Source: an uncultured Planctomycetia bacterium (GTDB lineage Bacteria; Omnitrophota; Gorgyraeia; 1-14-0-20-64-10). From it: a stretch of DNA of 64,000 bases. This document shows positions 10,712 to 20,571 of the stretch, in pieces. Under the pieces are notes generated by a model. The model ran no database searches, was not told the DNA's origin, and worked only from the letters and a program-made list of their open reading frames with translations. How positions within the stretch are numbered: position 1 is the stretch's first letter; every line of letters begins with the position of its first letter. The position numbers and the translations under genes are program-made. The stretch covers positions 23,001-87,000 of the forward strand of contig CAYJWF010000003.1 in the NCBI GenBank assembly GCA_964373805.1, given 5' to 3'.

Positions 10712-12715
10712 TTAAAGGGGATCCACGTCGATGGTGAGGAGACAACCCTTTGGAGTAGGACAGGCCCGAAGGGCGGCCGATAACTCCTCATCCCATGATT
10801 TCTCGGATGGCCCTTTGAGGTGGATCTGCCAGCGGTAATGCCGACGCAATCGATAGGGAGTGGCAGGAGCCGGCCCCAACACCTCCACCTCAGGAGGAAG
10901 GTGGCTCCTAAAGAGCTCGGCACCTTTAAGAGCGTGGGAATGGGCCTTCTTCTCATTCATGGAGCGAACGGTCCATTGTACCAAACGGGTGAAGGGAGGC
11001 AGGCGCAATTGGCGTCGGATATTGATCTCCTGACGGTAGAAGGCGTCGTAGTCGTGGGTTTGGGCGGCCTGAATCGCGTAATGGTGCGGGGTGAAGGTCT
11101 GCACAATCACCCGGCCGGGAAGCGCCCCTCGTCCCGCCCGGCCAGCGACTTGAGTGAGGAGGTTAAAGGTTCGTTCGGCCGAGCGGAAAGCGGGCAGGTT
11201 GAGGGCGGTATCGGCCGAGATGACGCCCACCAAGGTGACTTTTGGAAAATCCAATCCCTTGGCCACCATCTGCGTGCCAACCAACAGATCGATTTTGTGC
11301 TCTTGGAAATCCTTGAGGATTCGTCCGTGGGATCCTCGGGTCTTGGTCGAATCGGTATCCATGCGGGCGATCGCCGCCTCCGGAAACCGTCGGGCCAATT
11401 CGCTTTCTACCCGTTCCGTCCCGGTTCCTTGGAACCGGACGTATTGCGAGCGGCAATGGGGACAGACGTCGGGCGCCGCGAGGGTGGCTTCGCAGTAGTG
11501 ACAAACCAAGAGGCGGCGCACCAGGTGGTAGGTCAAGGCCACCCGACAGGATTTGCACCGAAGGACCTCGCCGCAGCTTCGGCACTGAACGAAGGTAGAG
11601 AAGCCGCGGCGGTTTAAGAACAGAATCGCCTGTTGGCGGGCCCCCAAGGTTTCGGCCAAGGCATCCTCCAAAGCTCTCGAAAAGATTTTCCCTTGGTGTT
11701 TCAAAGAGAATTCCTCCCGCAGGTCGATCACCTCTACCTTGGGCAGAGGCACCGCTTCGATCCGCTGCCGAAGGGCAAGAAGTTTGAACCGCCTTTTCAT
11801 GGCGTGGTAAGTCGTTTCCATCGCGGGGGTGGCACTTCCTAATACAACGGGAGCTTGATTCTGTTGGGCTCGGTGGATCGCTACCTCCCGGGCATGGTAG
11901 CGGGGGGCGTCCTCCTGTTTATAGGAAGGCTCATGTTCCTCATCCACGACCACGAGGCCCAGGTCCCGAACCGGCGCGAAGACGGCCGATCGGGCTCCCA
12001 CCACGATCCGGGCAACTCCTCGCCGGATTCGCCACCATTCCCGCAGCCTCTGGCTTTCCAACAGACCGCTGTGGAGGACGGCGACCCGCTGGGACCCAAA
12101 TCGACCTTGAAAGCGCTCGATGGCCTGGGGCGTCAAGGAGATTTCGGGAACCAGAACGATGCTGGTTCGACCTTGGGCGAGCACCTCTTGGATCGCCTGC
12201 AGGTAAACCTCGGTTTTTCCGCTTCCGGTGATTCCGTGAAGAAGAAAGACTTGATGGCGGCGGTCCCCCATGGCGCGGACGATCGTTTTCAAGGCTTGTT
12301 CCTGTTCCGAGTTCAACTTTAACGGTTCCGTGGGTGGGAAGGAAGGGACCGGTTCCTCCTCTCGACCCTTCATCGTATGGAGACCTCTGCGCAGAGGTCT
12401 CGGCAGCGCCGTCTGAAGCGCTTCGCCCCAACCGGTTTGATAGGTGGAGGCGACCCAACGGGTCAGTTCCAGAAGCTCTGGGTCCAGGACCGGTTCCTCA
12501 TCCAGAATCTCGTCGATCGCCTTGAGGTGAGGAACCTCCGGACGATTGGGGAACCCGACGATCATCCCTAAGAGTCGTCGGTCGCGAAAAGGGACCCACA
12601 CCCGTTGGCCGATGGCGACCTTGCGCTTGAACGGTTGGGGGACCCGATAATGAAAGGTGGTCCGAATGGCGAGCGGCACGGCTACCTCTACGTACGCCTT
12701 CCCATGAAGGGTCAT
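10712..12715 (-). CDS. priA: primosomal protein N' (replication restart helicase PriA)
   Basis: Walker A GITGSGKTEVYL, DEEH box (VVVDEEHEPSYKQ), Cys-rich zinc-binding insert (CRSCGEVLRCKSCRV...CHYCE...CPHCRS), helicase C domain. Internal ATG (MTLHGKAYVEV) at 12715 in ATGA-type overlap with the upstream stop. Track ORF 10712..12964 is over-extended. Confidence 0.85.
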   Translation of the reverse strand: MTLHGKAYVEVAVPLAIRTTFHYRVPQPFKRKVAIGQRVWVPFRDRRLLGMIVGFPNRPEVPHLKAIDEILDEEPVLDPELLELTRWVASTYQTGWGEALQTALPRPLRRGLHTMKGREEEPVPSFPPTEPLKLNSEQEQALKTIVRAMGDRRHQVFLLHGITGSGKTEVYLQAIQEVLAQGRTSIVLVPEISLTPQAIERFQGRFGSQRVAVLHSGLLESQRLREWWRIRRGVARIVVGARSAVFAPVRDLGLVVVDEEHEPSYKQEDAPRYHAREVAIHRAQQNQAPVVLGSATPAMETTYHAMKRRFKLLALRQRIEAVPLPKVEVIDLREEFSLKHQGKIFSRALEDALAETLGARQQAILFLNRRGFSTFVQCRSCGEVLRCKSCRVALTYHLVRRLLVCHYCEATLAAPDVCPHCRSQYVRFQGTGTERVESELARRFPEAAIARMDTDSTKTRGSHGRILKDFQEHKIDLLVGTQMVAKGLDFPKVTLVGVISADTALNLPAFRSAERTFNLLTQVAGRAGRGALPGRVIVQTFTPHHYAIQAAQTHDYDAFYRQEINIRRQLRLPPFTRLVQWTVRSMNEKKAHSHALKGAELFRSHLPPEVEVLGPAPATPYRLRRHYRWQIHLKGPSEKSWDEELSAALRACPTPKGCLLTIDVDPL

Positions 12716-13395
12716 CACTTCTTGAGCTGTTCTAAGACCTTCTTCAAGTCGGCCCAGGCGGTCGGTTTGGCGGCAGGGTTTCGAAGAAGATAGGCCGGAT
12801 GAAAGGTCACCACGACCGGAATCCCCTGCCAGTGGTGTGTCTGTTCCCGGAGTTGATGCAAAGGGGCCTGGGATTCCAGCAGGGCCGTGGCGGCGGTCCT
12901 GCCTAAGGCGCAGATCACCTTCGGTCGGATGACCCTGAGTTGGGCCATCCAGAAGGGACGGCAAGCCAACATCTCATCCGGTTCTGGAGGACGATTCTGG
13001 GGGGGACGACACTTCACGACGTTCGTGATGTAGACTTCGGGTCTGCTTAGCCCCATGGCCTGAATCATCTTCGTGAGCAGCTCTCCCGCCGCGCCGACAA
13101 AGGGTCTGCCTTGGAGGTCTTCCTCTCGGCCGGGCCCTTCCCCCACGAAGACGAGGGACGCTTCCAGAGAGCCTTCTCCAAAGACCACCTTTTTTCTATC
13201 TTGGCTCAAGCGGCAGGCCCGGCAGCCCAGGGCTCGTTGCCGTACCGGCTCGAGGATCGATGTTTTTGAACCTTGGGGAGGAGAGCTTTTTCTGAGAAAG
13301 AGGGTGGTTACCCCAGATTCCTGGGTCCTTTTTAAGAAGGCTTTTGCCCCTCGCACAATCTCTCGGGCCTCGTCAAAGGATTGGTTGGGCATCAA
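12715..13395 (-). CDS. uracil-DNA glycosylase, family 4 (Fe-S type)
   Basis: Motifs FVGEGPGREED and the HPAYLLRN region, plus conserved Cys (GCRACRL...C). Typical of thermophile-type UDG family 4. Confidence 0.75.
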   Translation of the reverse strand: MMPNQSFDEAREIVRGAKAFLKRTQESGVTTLFLRKSSPPQGSKTSILEPVRQRALGCRACRLSQDRKKVVFGEGSLEASLVFVGEGPGREEDLQGRPFVGAAGELLTKMIQAMGLSRPEVYITNVVKCRPPQNRPPEPDEMLACRPFWMAQLRVIRPKVICALGRTAATALLESQAPLHQLREQTHHWQGIPVVVTFHPAYLLRNPAAKPTAWADLKKVLEQLKK

Positions 13396-14516
13396 AAGGG
13401 GCTAGACTCCATGGCCCAGCGAGCGATCTCAAACGCTGCCTCCGGGAGGCGCACTTCGGCTGCCCGTCGCCGCATCCTTTCCAGTGGTTCACCGTTCTCA
13501 TAGAGGTTTTCTACCAGGTGCGGGATCTCTTTCAGCTGATGAACCGCCTGAGCCGTTCCCAGGCTCGTGAGGACGCGCAGGTTGCGAGTCTCCTGCCCTG
13601 GAATGGCCGGAATCAGAATGAGCGGAAGTCCCTTCGTCATCGCTTCCGCACAGGTCAATCCCCCGGGTTTCGTGATCATGAGATCCGAGGCGTCCATGAG
13701 TTCGTCCACGTTGTCGACAAACCCGCAGACCTTTAAGGGATGGGGAACCGTAGGCTTTAGATTCTCCAAGGTTCGAAGGAGAGCTCCATTTTTCCCAGCG
13801 ACCACCACGATCTGGATTGGTTTTTGGACGCGCTGTAAAACCTGCACCAGAGAGACGACCGGTCCCAGCCCTTCCCCACCGGATCCGATGAGCAGGGTAA
13901 ACCGTTCGGGCTCAAGTCCCAATCGGTTCTTAAGATTGTTTCGGTCGTTCTTTCCCTTAAACTTGGGGTCCACCGGGATCCCGGTGACCCGAATTCGATC
14001 GGAAGGGATGCCCCGAGTCAGGAGCTCCTCCTTCGTCTGAGGGGATCCCACCGCGTAACCGTCCACCCCTGGAGAGATCCAGAGGATGTGTGGGAGGTAA
14101 TCGGTAATGACGGTGATCAACCGGGACAAGAGGCGACGCGTCCGTTTCAGATGCGCCGCTACCTCCATGGGGAAAAAGTGACTTCCAATCACGACATCCG
14201 GCTTGAGGGCAAGGAGGAAAGATTCCAGATCTCTTCCATGGCAGGCGTTGCTGAATCGATGGAGGGCCTGAACCGGCCCCATGAGAGGGCGTGCGTCCGT
14301 TAGGTAGTACAGGCCTCCCCAAAGAATGGGGGCCCGTTGAACAAGGTTGAGGTACCCTTGGGTGAAGCACCATCGGTACCAACGGTCGGCCTGGTCTAAG
14401 GCGTTTAGAAAGAAGAGCTCGGCTTCCGGCTCCAAGTGATGGAAAGCTACCGCCAAGGCTTGAGCGGCTTTCTCATGGCCGGATCCCGCCGGGACGTGGG
14501 TGATCACGATTCTCAT
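13392..14516 (-). CDS. GT28 glycosyltransferase, MGDG-synthase/UgtP-like (diacylglycerol glycosyltransferase)
   Basis: N-terminal MGDG_synth-like region (MRIVITHVPAGSGHEKAAQAL) plus C-terminal GT28 region (VVAGKNG...ITKPGGLTCAEA). Confidence 0.7.
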   Translation of the reverse strand: MRIVITHVPAGSGHEKAAQALAVAFHHLEPEAELFFLNALDQADRWYRWCFTQGYLNLVQRAPILWGGLYYLTDARPLMGPVQALHRFSNACHGRDLESFLLALKPDVVIGSHFFPMEVAAHLKRTRRLLSRLITVITDYLPHILWISPGVDGYAVGSPQTKEELLTRGIPSDRIRVTGIPVDPKFKGKNDRNNLKNRLGLEPERFTLLIGSGGEGLGPVVSLVQVLQRVQKPIQIVVVAGKNGALLRTLENLKPTVPHPLKVCGFVDNVDELMDASDLMITKPGGLTCAEAMTKGLPLILIPAIPGQETRNLRVLTSLGTAQAVHQLKEIPHLVENLYENGEPLERMRRRAAEVRLPEAAFEIARWAMESSPF

Positions 14517-15067
14517 GGGTGCCCCAGGATGTACCGGACCGCGCGGTCGAGGTCTTTGACCACCCGGTGGGGGCGAACAGACATGAATCGAGTTGAGGCG
14601 TGGGTTTGTTTTCCCGACAGGACTAGAATCGCCCGACAGCCGGCCTTCAAGCCCATCGCGATATCGGCCTCAGCGTCCCCCACCACGAACGATCGCTTGA
14701 GGTTGATCCCAAAGCGCTGGGCCGCTTTTTTAAGCAGCCCTGTTTTGGGTTTCCGACAGGAACATCCGGCGTCCGGGCGGTGGAGACAGTAGAAGACCGC
14801 GCGGATCTTTCCTCCGGCGGACTCGACTCTTTGGAGCATCCTCTGGGTAATATCGTTCAATTGATTTCGCGTGAGGATGCCACGCCCCACCGCCGACTGA
14901 TTGGAGACGACGATCACCTTCTTGCCGTGGGCCTTGAGCCTCTGAAGGGCCTCGAGGACGCCTGGAAGGAACCGGAACTGTTTCCAGTCCGTTACAAACC
15001 GAGTGGTTGGCGATGCATTGATGACCCCGTCCCGGTCTAGGAAGACCGCTCCCCTTTGGCTTCTCAT
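14513..15067 (-). CDS. gmhB: D-glycero-D-manno-heptose 1,7-bisphosphate phosphatase (HAD family)
   Basis: FLDRDGVIN motif I, VVSNQS motif II, Zn-binding Cys cluster (CLHRPDAGCSCRKP), GDAEAD motif. Confidence 0.8.
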   Translation of the reverse strand: MRSQRGAVFLDRDGVINASPTTRFVTDWKQFRFLPGVLEALQRLKAHGKKVIVVSNQSAVGRGILTRNQLNDITQRMLQRVESAGGKIRAVFYCLHRPDAGCSCRKPKTGLLKKAAQRFGINLKRSFVVGDAEADIAMGLKAGCRAILVLSGKQTHASTRFMSVRPHRVVKDLDRAVRYILGHP

Positions 15068-16035
15068 TCGGGATGAAAGGATCGGATTTTTGTTCTCCAG
15101 TAGTTCAAGAGATCTTCAACTGTTTTTCGCAGTGGGATCTGTGTCTTCCAACCGGTCTTCTCATAGAATTTCGTGCAGTCCCCTCGCAATACCGGGACGT
15201 CGCTCGGACGGAGTCTGCTTTCATCCACCTGGATGGAGATCGGTTTATCCGTCATTTCCAAAAGGGTCTCAAGGACTTGGCGAACGGAGACATCGGTTCC
15301 GGAACAGAGGTTATAAACCTCCCCCGGCTCCCCCTGTTCCAGGGCCAGCCAGTAGCCACGGACGATATCGCGGACATCGCTGAAATCTCGCCGGGCCTGA
15401 AGGTTTCCAACGAGGATGACCGGTTCTTGCTGTCCTGCTTCAATCAGGGCAATCTGTTTTGCAAAGTTGGAGGTCGCAAAGACTTCCCCCCGCCGTGGAC
15501 CGGTGTGGTTAAAGGCACGCGTTCGGACGATCTGCATCCGGTAGCTCTGCGTGTATTGATATCCCAACAGATCCTGGGCCACCTTGGAGACTGCGTAGGG
15601 GCTTAAGGGGCGCAGAGGGTTTGTTTCCTTGACGGGGAGCTCGTTCTCCAAAACCAGGCCGTACTCTTCGGAGCTGCCCGCTATTTGAATGCGTGTGGGA
15701 AGTCCGCTTTCACGGATGGCCTCCAGGAGATTGATTTGTCCCACGGTATTGGTGCTCATCGTTTCCGAGGGGGCAGACCACGACATGGGGACAAAGGACT
15801 GGGCCGCCAGATGGAAGACACGGTCCGGCTTCACCGCGGCGATCACCTGACGAACCGAAGAGGCGTCCCGCAGGTCGCACTCGTACATCTTGATCTTGCC
15901 CTTCAGATGTTCGATGTTGTCGGTCTTGCTTCGCCAGCGCTGGGTCCCGAAAACCTCGATGGCGCCTTGTGCCAGGAGAAACTCTGTCAGGTGACTCCCC
16001 ACAAAACCGGTGATCCCTGTTATGAGGACGCGCAT
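15064..16035 (-). CDS. NAD-dependent epimerase/dehydratase, GDP-mannose 4,6-dehydratase / GDP-6-deoxyhexose reductase-like SDR
   Basis: ITGITGFVGSHL Rossmann motif, YAVSK catalytic motif, 323 aa. Confidence 0.7.
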   Translation of the reverse strand: MRVLITGITGFVGSHLTEFLLAQGAIEVFGTQRWRSKTDNIEHLKGKIKMYECDLRDASSVRQVIAAVKPDRVFHLAAQSFVPMSWSAPSETMSTNTVGQINLLEAIRESGLPTRIQIAGSSEEYGLVLENELPVKETNPLRPLSPYAVSKVAQDLLGYQYTQSYRMQIVRTRAFNHTGPRRGEVFATSNFAKQIALIEAGQQEPVILVGNLQARRDFSDVRDIVRGYWLALEQGEPGEVYNLCSGTDVSVRQVLETLLEMTDKPISIQVDESRLRPSDVPVLRGDCTKFYEKTGWKTQIPLRKTVEDLLNYWRTKIRSFHPE

Positions 16036-16803
16036 TTAAGACTCCTTATGGTGGATGAGTTCCCAAACCTTTGTCCATTTTATGAAATGGACAAAACTGA
16101 ACAGCCCGGAAAAAATCAGCCCATGCCTCCCTTCCAGAAACCCCAGCTTCTTGACGTACATCTTCCAGAAAAGCTTGGCTGGTTTAACCATGATTTGATA
16201 GCGTAGATCCTTCTCGCAGATGCCGCCTTGGCGCTCAAAGATCTCCAGGGCCTCCAGGGTCGTGTAGCGGTTCTGTCGATCACAGAACTGTTCCAGGGAA
16301 TGAAAGGGATGGTGTTCGATCGGGGCCTCTAAGACCCCGATGGTTCCATCAACGATGAGGTCATGATGGACCCGTCCCCGGTAGAAGGCCTTGCCCCTTC
16401 TAAAGAAATGGAGGGAGTAGTGGTACCACCCGCCATGGCGCATCCGGTGGCCCAGGAAGAAGTTTAACCGGCGAAACCGGTAAGCGGCGTGAGAAGAGCC
16501 GTTCTCCAGGATCCGGCCTGCGGCCTGCCGGAACGATTCCGTCACCCGGTCATCCGCATCCAATTGGAGGATCCAATCCTTTGTTGCATGGTCGTTGCCG
16601 ATGTTTCTCTCTTGGCCGAAGTCCCCTTCAAATCGGTGGGTGATGACCTTGGTCCCATAAGAACGACAAATATCCGGCGTACCGTCTGTGCTTTCTCCAT
16701 CCACCACAACGATCTCATCCACCCACCGGATCGTCTCCAGGCAATCCCGGATCTGGAGGGCCTCGTTTTTGGTTAGGATAACGGCGGTGACGGTTTGGCG
16801 CAT
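16036..16803 (-). CDS. GT2 family glycosyltransferase (LPS core-type, WaaE/KdtX-like)
   Basis: VILTKNEA...VVVDGESTDGT...QLDADDRV. These are DxD-containing GT-A motifs. Confidence 0.7.
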   Translation of the reverse strand: MRQTVTAVILTKNEALQIRDCLETIRWVDEIVVVDGESTDGTPDICRSYGTKVITHRFEGDFGQERNIGNDHATKDWILQLDADDRVTESFRQAAGRILENGSSHAAYRFRRLNFFLGHRMRHGGWYHYSLHFFRRGKAFYRGRVHHDLIVDGTIGVLEAPIEHHPFHSLEQFCDRQNRYTTLEALEIFERQGGICEKDLRYQIMVKPAKLFWKMYVKKLGFLEGRHGLIFSGLFSFVHFIKWTKVWELIHHKES

Positions 16804-17555
16804 GTTTGGCGGGCAAGCCAGTACTTCGAGAAGCTTAAGAATTGGTACATGCCGGCGAGAACGGCCATGATAAAACCCAACAGCCCCTCTTTGTAACCTT
16901 CTTTTCCTCTATAGACTCGAAAAAATCGGTCCACGGTTCGCCAAAGCCCCTTGCCTACCCCCATCGATCGGCCGTCCCTCAGCCATTTTTTAGCCTCCAG
17001 GGTGGTCTGTCGATTGAGTTTGGCGACGAAGTCCTCCAGATCCCGATAGGAGTAATGGAGGAGGTCGTTTTTTAGACAACCGGTGTCCCCATCGAGGAAG
17101 GCCCTCGGGTGGACCTCCACTTCTTCATACCGAAAGCGCCCCTTTCGAAACAACCTCAACTGTGGGCTTGGGTAGAACCCACCGTAGCGTAACCAGTGCC
17201 GACCCAGGAAGTTCCGTCGGGGAATCGTGTAGCCGTGGCAGACCGGCGAACCTTCTAAGAGACGGATCATCTCTTCTCGAAGTTCCGGGGTCACCCGTTC
17301 ATCGGCATCGAGGCTCAAGATCCACTCTTGGGATGCCAAGCCGTAGGCGAAGTTGCGGTGCCTGCCCTCCACATCCATCTTTCGCTGGATGACGCGATCG
17401 GTAAACCGCCTGGCAATCGCCACCGTACGATCCGTACTAAAGTCATCCAGGACGATCAGCTCCGCGGCCCATCGGACCGATTCAAGACAGTCGGCGAGGC
17501 GCCCCTCTTCATTCTGGGTGATGACGACTACAGAGAGTGGGACAGGGCTTGGCAT
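16773..17555 (-). CDS. GT2 family glycosyltransferase, paralog of the previous gene
   Basis: LSVVVITQNEE...LDDFSTDRT...SLDADERV, with the same architecture as 16036..16803. Start assigned to internal ATG (MPSPVPLSVVVIT). Track ORF extends to 17612. Confidence 0.65.
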   Translation of the reverse strand: MPSPVPLSVVVITQNEEGRLADCLESVRWAAELIVLDDFSTDRTVAIARRFTDRVIQRKMDVEGRHRNFAYGLASQEWILSLDADERVTPELREEMIRLLEGSPVCHGYTIPRRNFLGRHWLRYGGFYPSPQLRLFRKGRFRYEEVEVHPRAFLDGDTGCLKNDLLHYSYRDLEDFVAKLNRQTTLEAKKWLRDGRSMGVGKGLWRTVDRFFRVYRGKEGYKEGLLGFIMAVLAGMYQFLSFSKYWLARQTCAKPSPPLS

Positions 17556-18622
17556 CGCTTGAGAAGTTCTTCCTCGGAAGGGGTCTCCAGAAGTTGGGCC
17601 CGATAGAGCCATCGGAGCCGCCTCAACCAGCCGGACCAGGTGGCATCGTAGCTGACGACGAGGTCAAACGGCTTCTTCCGTTTCAAGAGCAGACGCACGG
17701 TCCCTTGGAGTCGCCATCGATTTCCTTGGGTTGGAAGGCGGCTCACCTGCGCATGGGTTAAGATCTCTGAGGACAAGTTCTCGGATGGGGTCAGTAGGGT
17801 GAGCCAATGGCCTTGACGGGTGCAGTCCAACAGAACCTTCTGCCAACCGGGCTCGGTGGCGGTCTCCGTCCGCAAGGGCCCTAAGAGGATTCGTAGCCGG
17901 CGACCCCACCTTTCTTCAAACCGCTGGCGGTTCTTTTCAAAGGCCTCTTCCCAACCCGCCAGCTCCCTGAAGCTTGCCTTCTCTTCGTGAAACACATAGG
18001 CCGCACAGGCCCGTACAGATCGCAGGCCCTTTGCTTGGACCCGTCGGGACAGGTCATCGTCATCAAAGTTGCCCATGCCGAATGATTCGTCCAAAAGGCC
18101 GATCCGATCAAACAGCCGGCGTCTCGCCAGCAGGCAGAACCCCAGCGCGGTGGACAGCTCGGTCCATTGTCCGGACTGGGATTGGAGGCTCTTGGCGTAC
18201 TCACCAGGGGTGAGCCGGCCGGGGGAAAAACCGAGGGAATTGCTGGTGGGATTGACCAGGCCAATGGAGGAATCGGCTTGGGCTACCCGCAGCATCTCGG
18301 TGAGCCATCCCGGGGTGACGACGGTGTCGTTGTTTAAAAGGCAGACCCAGGGAGACTGGGAGGCTCGAATCCCTTGGTTCGTCGCCTGGATAAAGCCAAG
18401 GTTGGTGGCGTTCCGGATCAGGGTAACCGGTAACCGATTTTGGGTTTGGAAATGTTCGAGATACTCCTCCGTGGGGGGAGAAGATCCGTTGTCGATCAGG
18501 ATAAGACGGACCGGTTCCGAGGTCGATTCCAGAATGCTGTCAAGACAACGCTGGGTGAGCGCGAGCTTGTTCCAGATGGGGATAACGATATCGCAGACCG
18601 TGGCAAAGGTGGTTTCACTCAT
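17528..18622 (-). CDS. GT2 family glycosyltransferase with ~120 aa C-terminal extension
   Basis: IVIPIWNK...ILIDNGS...LLNNDTVV...NFDDDD, a typical rhamnosyl/galactosyl-transferase-like GT-A N-terminal domain. Confidence 0.7.
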   Translation of the reverse strand: MSETTFATVCDIVIPIWNKLALTQRCLDSILESTSEPVRLILIDNGSSPPTEEYLEHFQTQNRLPVTLIRNATNLGFIQATNQGIRASQSPWVCLLNNDTVVTPGWLTEMLRVAQADSSIGLVNPTSNSLGFSPGRLTPGEYAKSLQSQSGQWTELSTALGFCLLARRRLFDRIGLLDESFGMGNFDDDDLSRRVQAKGLRSVRACAAYVFHEEKASFRELAGWEEAFEKNRQRFEERWGRRLRILLGPLRTETATEPGWQKVLLDCTRQGHWLTLLTPSENLSSEILTHAQVSRLPTQGNRWRLQGTVRLLLKRKKPFDLVVSYDATWSGWLRRLRWLYRAQLLETPSEEELLKRCQALSHSL

Positions 18623-19731
18623 CCTTGGGTGAGCCCTCGGATCTTAAGTTCCTGGGTCGCCTGCTCGACTCGATCTTCGGCAACCTCTGGTTGGCCCCAC
18701 TCCACCAGTTGACTTAAGCCGCTTTTTAAGGAGACGGCTGGGTGAAATCCTAGGGTGCTCAGCTTAGAGATGTCGGCCAGACAATGGCGAATATCTCCGG
18801 CTCTAAATTGTTGGGTGAGCTGTGGTCGAACGGAAACCCGGAAGAGCTCGATTAAATTCTCAGCCATTTCAAGAATCGTGGTGGGCTGACCGGTCCCCAC
18901 GTTGAAGACCCCGTAGTCCGCCCGGCGGTTTTCCATGGCGAGGAGATTCGCCTGAACGATGTCTGAGACGTGGATAAAATCGCGGGATTGCCGGCCGTCC
19001 TCGAAAATCAAGGGGGGATGCCCATTTTTGATTCGCGAAGAGAAGATGGCGCAGACCCCGGTGTAAGGATTGGAAAGGGACTGCCGAGGTCCGTAGACGT
19101 TAAAGTATCGTAAGGCCACCGTTGGAATCGAATAGCTTCTGCCTACGGTGAGGCAGAGCTCTTCCTGGTCTCGCTTGGAGATCGCGTAGACAGAGGTGGG
19201 GGAGAGCGGCTTTTCCTCCAAGGTAAGAGAAGGTTCCACCGGCTGACGGCACCGGGGGCAAGTTATCTCCCATTTTCGTTCTTTAAGCTGTAGCTCGGAC
19301 CGAAGAGAAGGGAAAACCGGTCCGCATCGACCACAGCGGTAGGCCCCCTCCCCGTAGAGGCTCATGGAGCTGGCCACCACCAACTTCTGAATGGGAAAAC
19401 GCTCCTGGACAATCGTTTCCAAGAGTACCGCCGTTCCCACGACGTTGTTGGAGGTGTACTTCTCGATCTGATACATGGACTGCCCTACCCCCACCGAGGC
19501 GGCTTCATGGAAGATGATCTCTCGCTCCTGTAGGGCCTGTCGTAGCAACCGCCGGTCTCGGACATCCCCCCAGAGATATTCCGCCTTGGCGTTAAGGTAC
19601 GCAGGCCTCTTTCCCCCGTGCACCTGCTCCTCGAGGTTATCCAGGACCCGGACCGAATGGCCCTGCTGCACCAAGGCATCGACCAGATGGGAGCCGATGA
19701 ACCCCGCCCCTCCGGTAACGAGGATTCTCAT
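18619..19731 (-). CDS. NAD-dependent epimerase/dehydratase with inserted Cys4 zinc-ribbon
   Basis: VTGGAGFIGSHLV and YAISK motifs. About 50-aa insertion YRCGRCGPVF...WEITCPRCRQPV between the Rossmann core and the catalytic Tyr. Confidence 0.7.
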   Translation of the reverse strand: MRILVTGGAGFIGSHLVDALVQQGHSVRVLDNLEEQVHGGKRPAYLNAKAEYLWGDVRDRRLLRQALQEREIIFHEAASVGVGQSMYQIEKYTSNNVVGTAVLLETIVQERFPIQKLVVASSMSLYGEGAYRCGRCGPVFPSLRSELQLKERKWEITCPRCRQPVEPSLTLEEKPLSPTSVYAISKRDQEELCLTVGRSYSIPTVALRYFNVYGPRQSLSNPYTGVCAIFSSRIKNGHPPLIFEDGRQSRDFIHVSDIVQANLLAMENRRADYGVFNVGTGQPTTILEMAENLIELFRVSVRPQLTQQFRAGDIRHCLADISKLSTLGFHPAVSLKSGLSQLVEWGQPEVAEDRVEQATQELKIRGLTQG

Positions 19732-20571
19732 CTAGGGGATGATATCAAGCCCATGATAGGGATGCCCTTGCATAACAGAGGGCAAATCATCCGGAGGTTG
19801 ATACAGGACCCGAGGAAACTTCGGAGGATCCACCGGGTGGATATTCGTCATCTGCCGGTGATTTGGCCACTTAAGCCATACCCTCTCGTACCAGCCGTTG
19901 AGAATCTCCTGGGCGTGCGGGAAGGTGGCCAGTTTTTCCCGCATCCTTCCCGAGGAACGGGCGTAGGAGAAGTGGTAGAAGGCCGCCTCTTCCGGTGGGA
20001 ATTCGTAGATTGGCCCCAGGCTGTTCAAGTCGTTGATTCCCTGGAATCGGAGCCGATGGGGAAATGGGACCTTTAAGAGGCGTCTTACCCGGGTGAGCTT
20101 GAAGATGCGACGCGGTCTCCAGGAAAGCCTCTGCGGGGGAATTCGGTACCGGAAGGATCGCCAAAGGGTGTGACATTTCACGATAAAGGTGCCAACCTGC
20201 GGCCGTTTCATGAGCATTTCACGGATTCGTTCCAAATGATCCGGACGGTACACCTCATCCCCGTCCACCAGAAAGTAGTAGTCCATTCCTTCCTCGAGAC
20301 AACGCCTCAGGCCGGCATCTCGGTGTTCCATCTGAGAGGGCCAGGACCCCTTGATGATCTCCAACTTGTCGGGGAACTGTTCCGCCAACTGGTCCACGAT
20401 CTCCTCGGTGCGGTCGGGAGGATAATCGTGGGCAGAGATCCGGCCGTAGGCCGTGTAGGGGCCATTCCCCAGGCAGAGGATGACCCGATCCGCCATCGGC
20501 AGGAGGGAACGGACCGAATAGGCAATGTATTCCTCTTCGTTATAGATGCAGTAGACCGCCGCGATCTTCAC
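19732..20571 (-). CDS. glycosyltransferase-like protein (distant GT2/GT-A)
   Basis: KIAAVYCIYNEEEYI...YFLVDGDEVY (DxD-like). Start set to GTG (VKIAAV) at 20571. Track ORF begins 20670 but overlaps the upstream gene by ~130 nt. Start uncertain. Confidence 0.5.
   Translation of the reverse strand: MKIAAVYCIYNEEEYIAYSVRSLLPMADRVILCLGNGPYTAYGRISAHDYPPDRTEEIVDQLAEQFPDKLEIIKGSWPSQMEHRDAGLRRCLEEGMDYYFLVDGDEVYRPDHLERIREMLMKRPQVGTFIVKCHTLWRSFRYRIPPQRLSWRPRRIFKLTRVRRLLKVPFPHRLRFQGINDLNSLGPIYEFPPEEAAFYHFSYARSSGRMREKLATFPHAQEILNGWYERVWLKWPNHRQMTNIHPVDPPKFPRVLYQPPDDLPSVMQGHPYHGLDIIP

Noticed and set aside
10820-11617. Plus-strand ORF of 265 aa, plus minus-strand alternative-frame ORFs 11163..11585 and 11940..12458
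   Set aside because: All lie within the priA coding region in other frames. PriA has strong motif support, and these show none.
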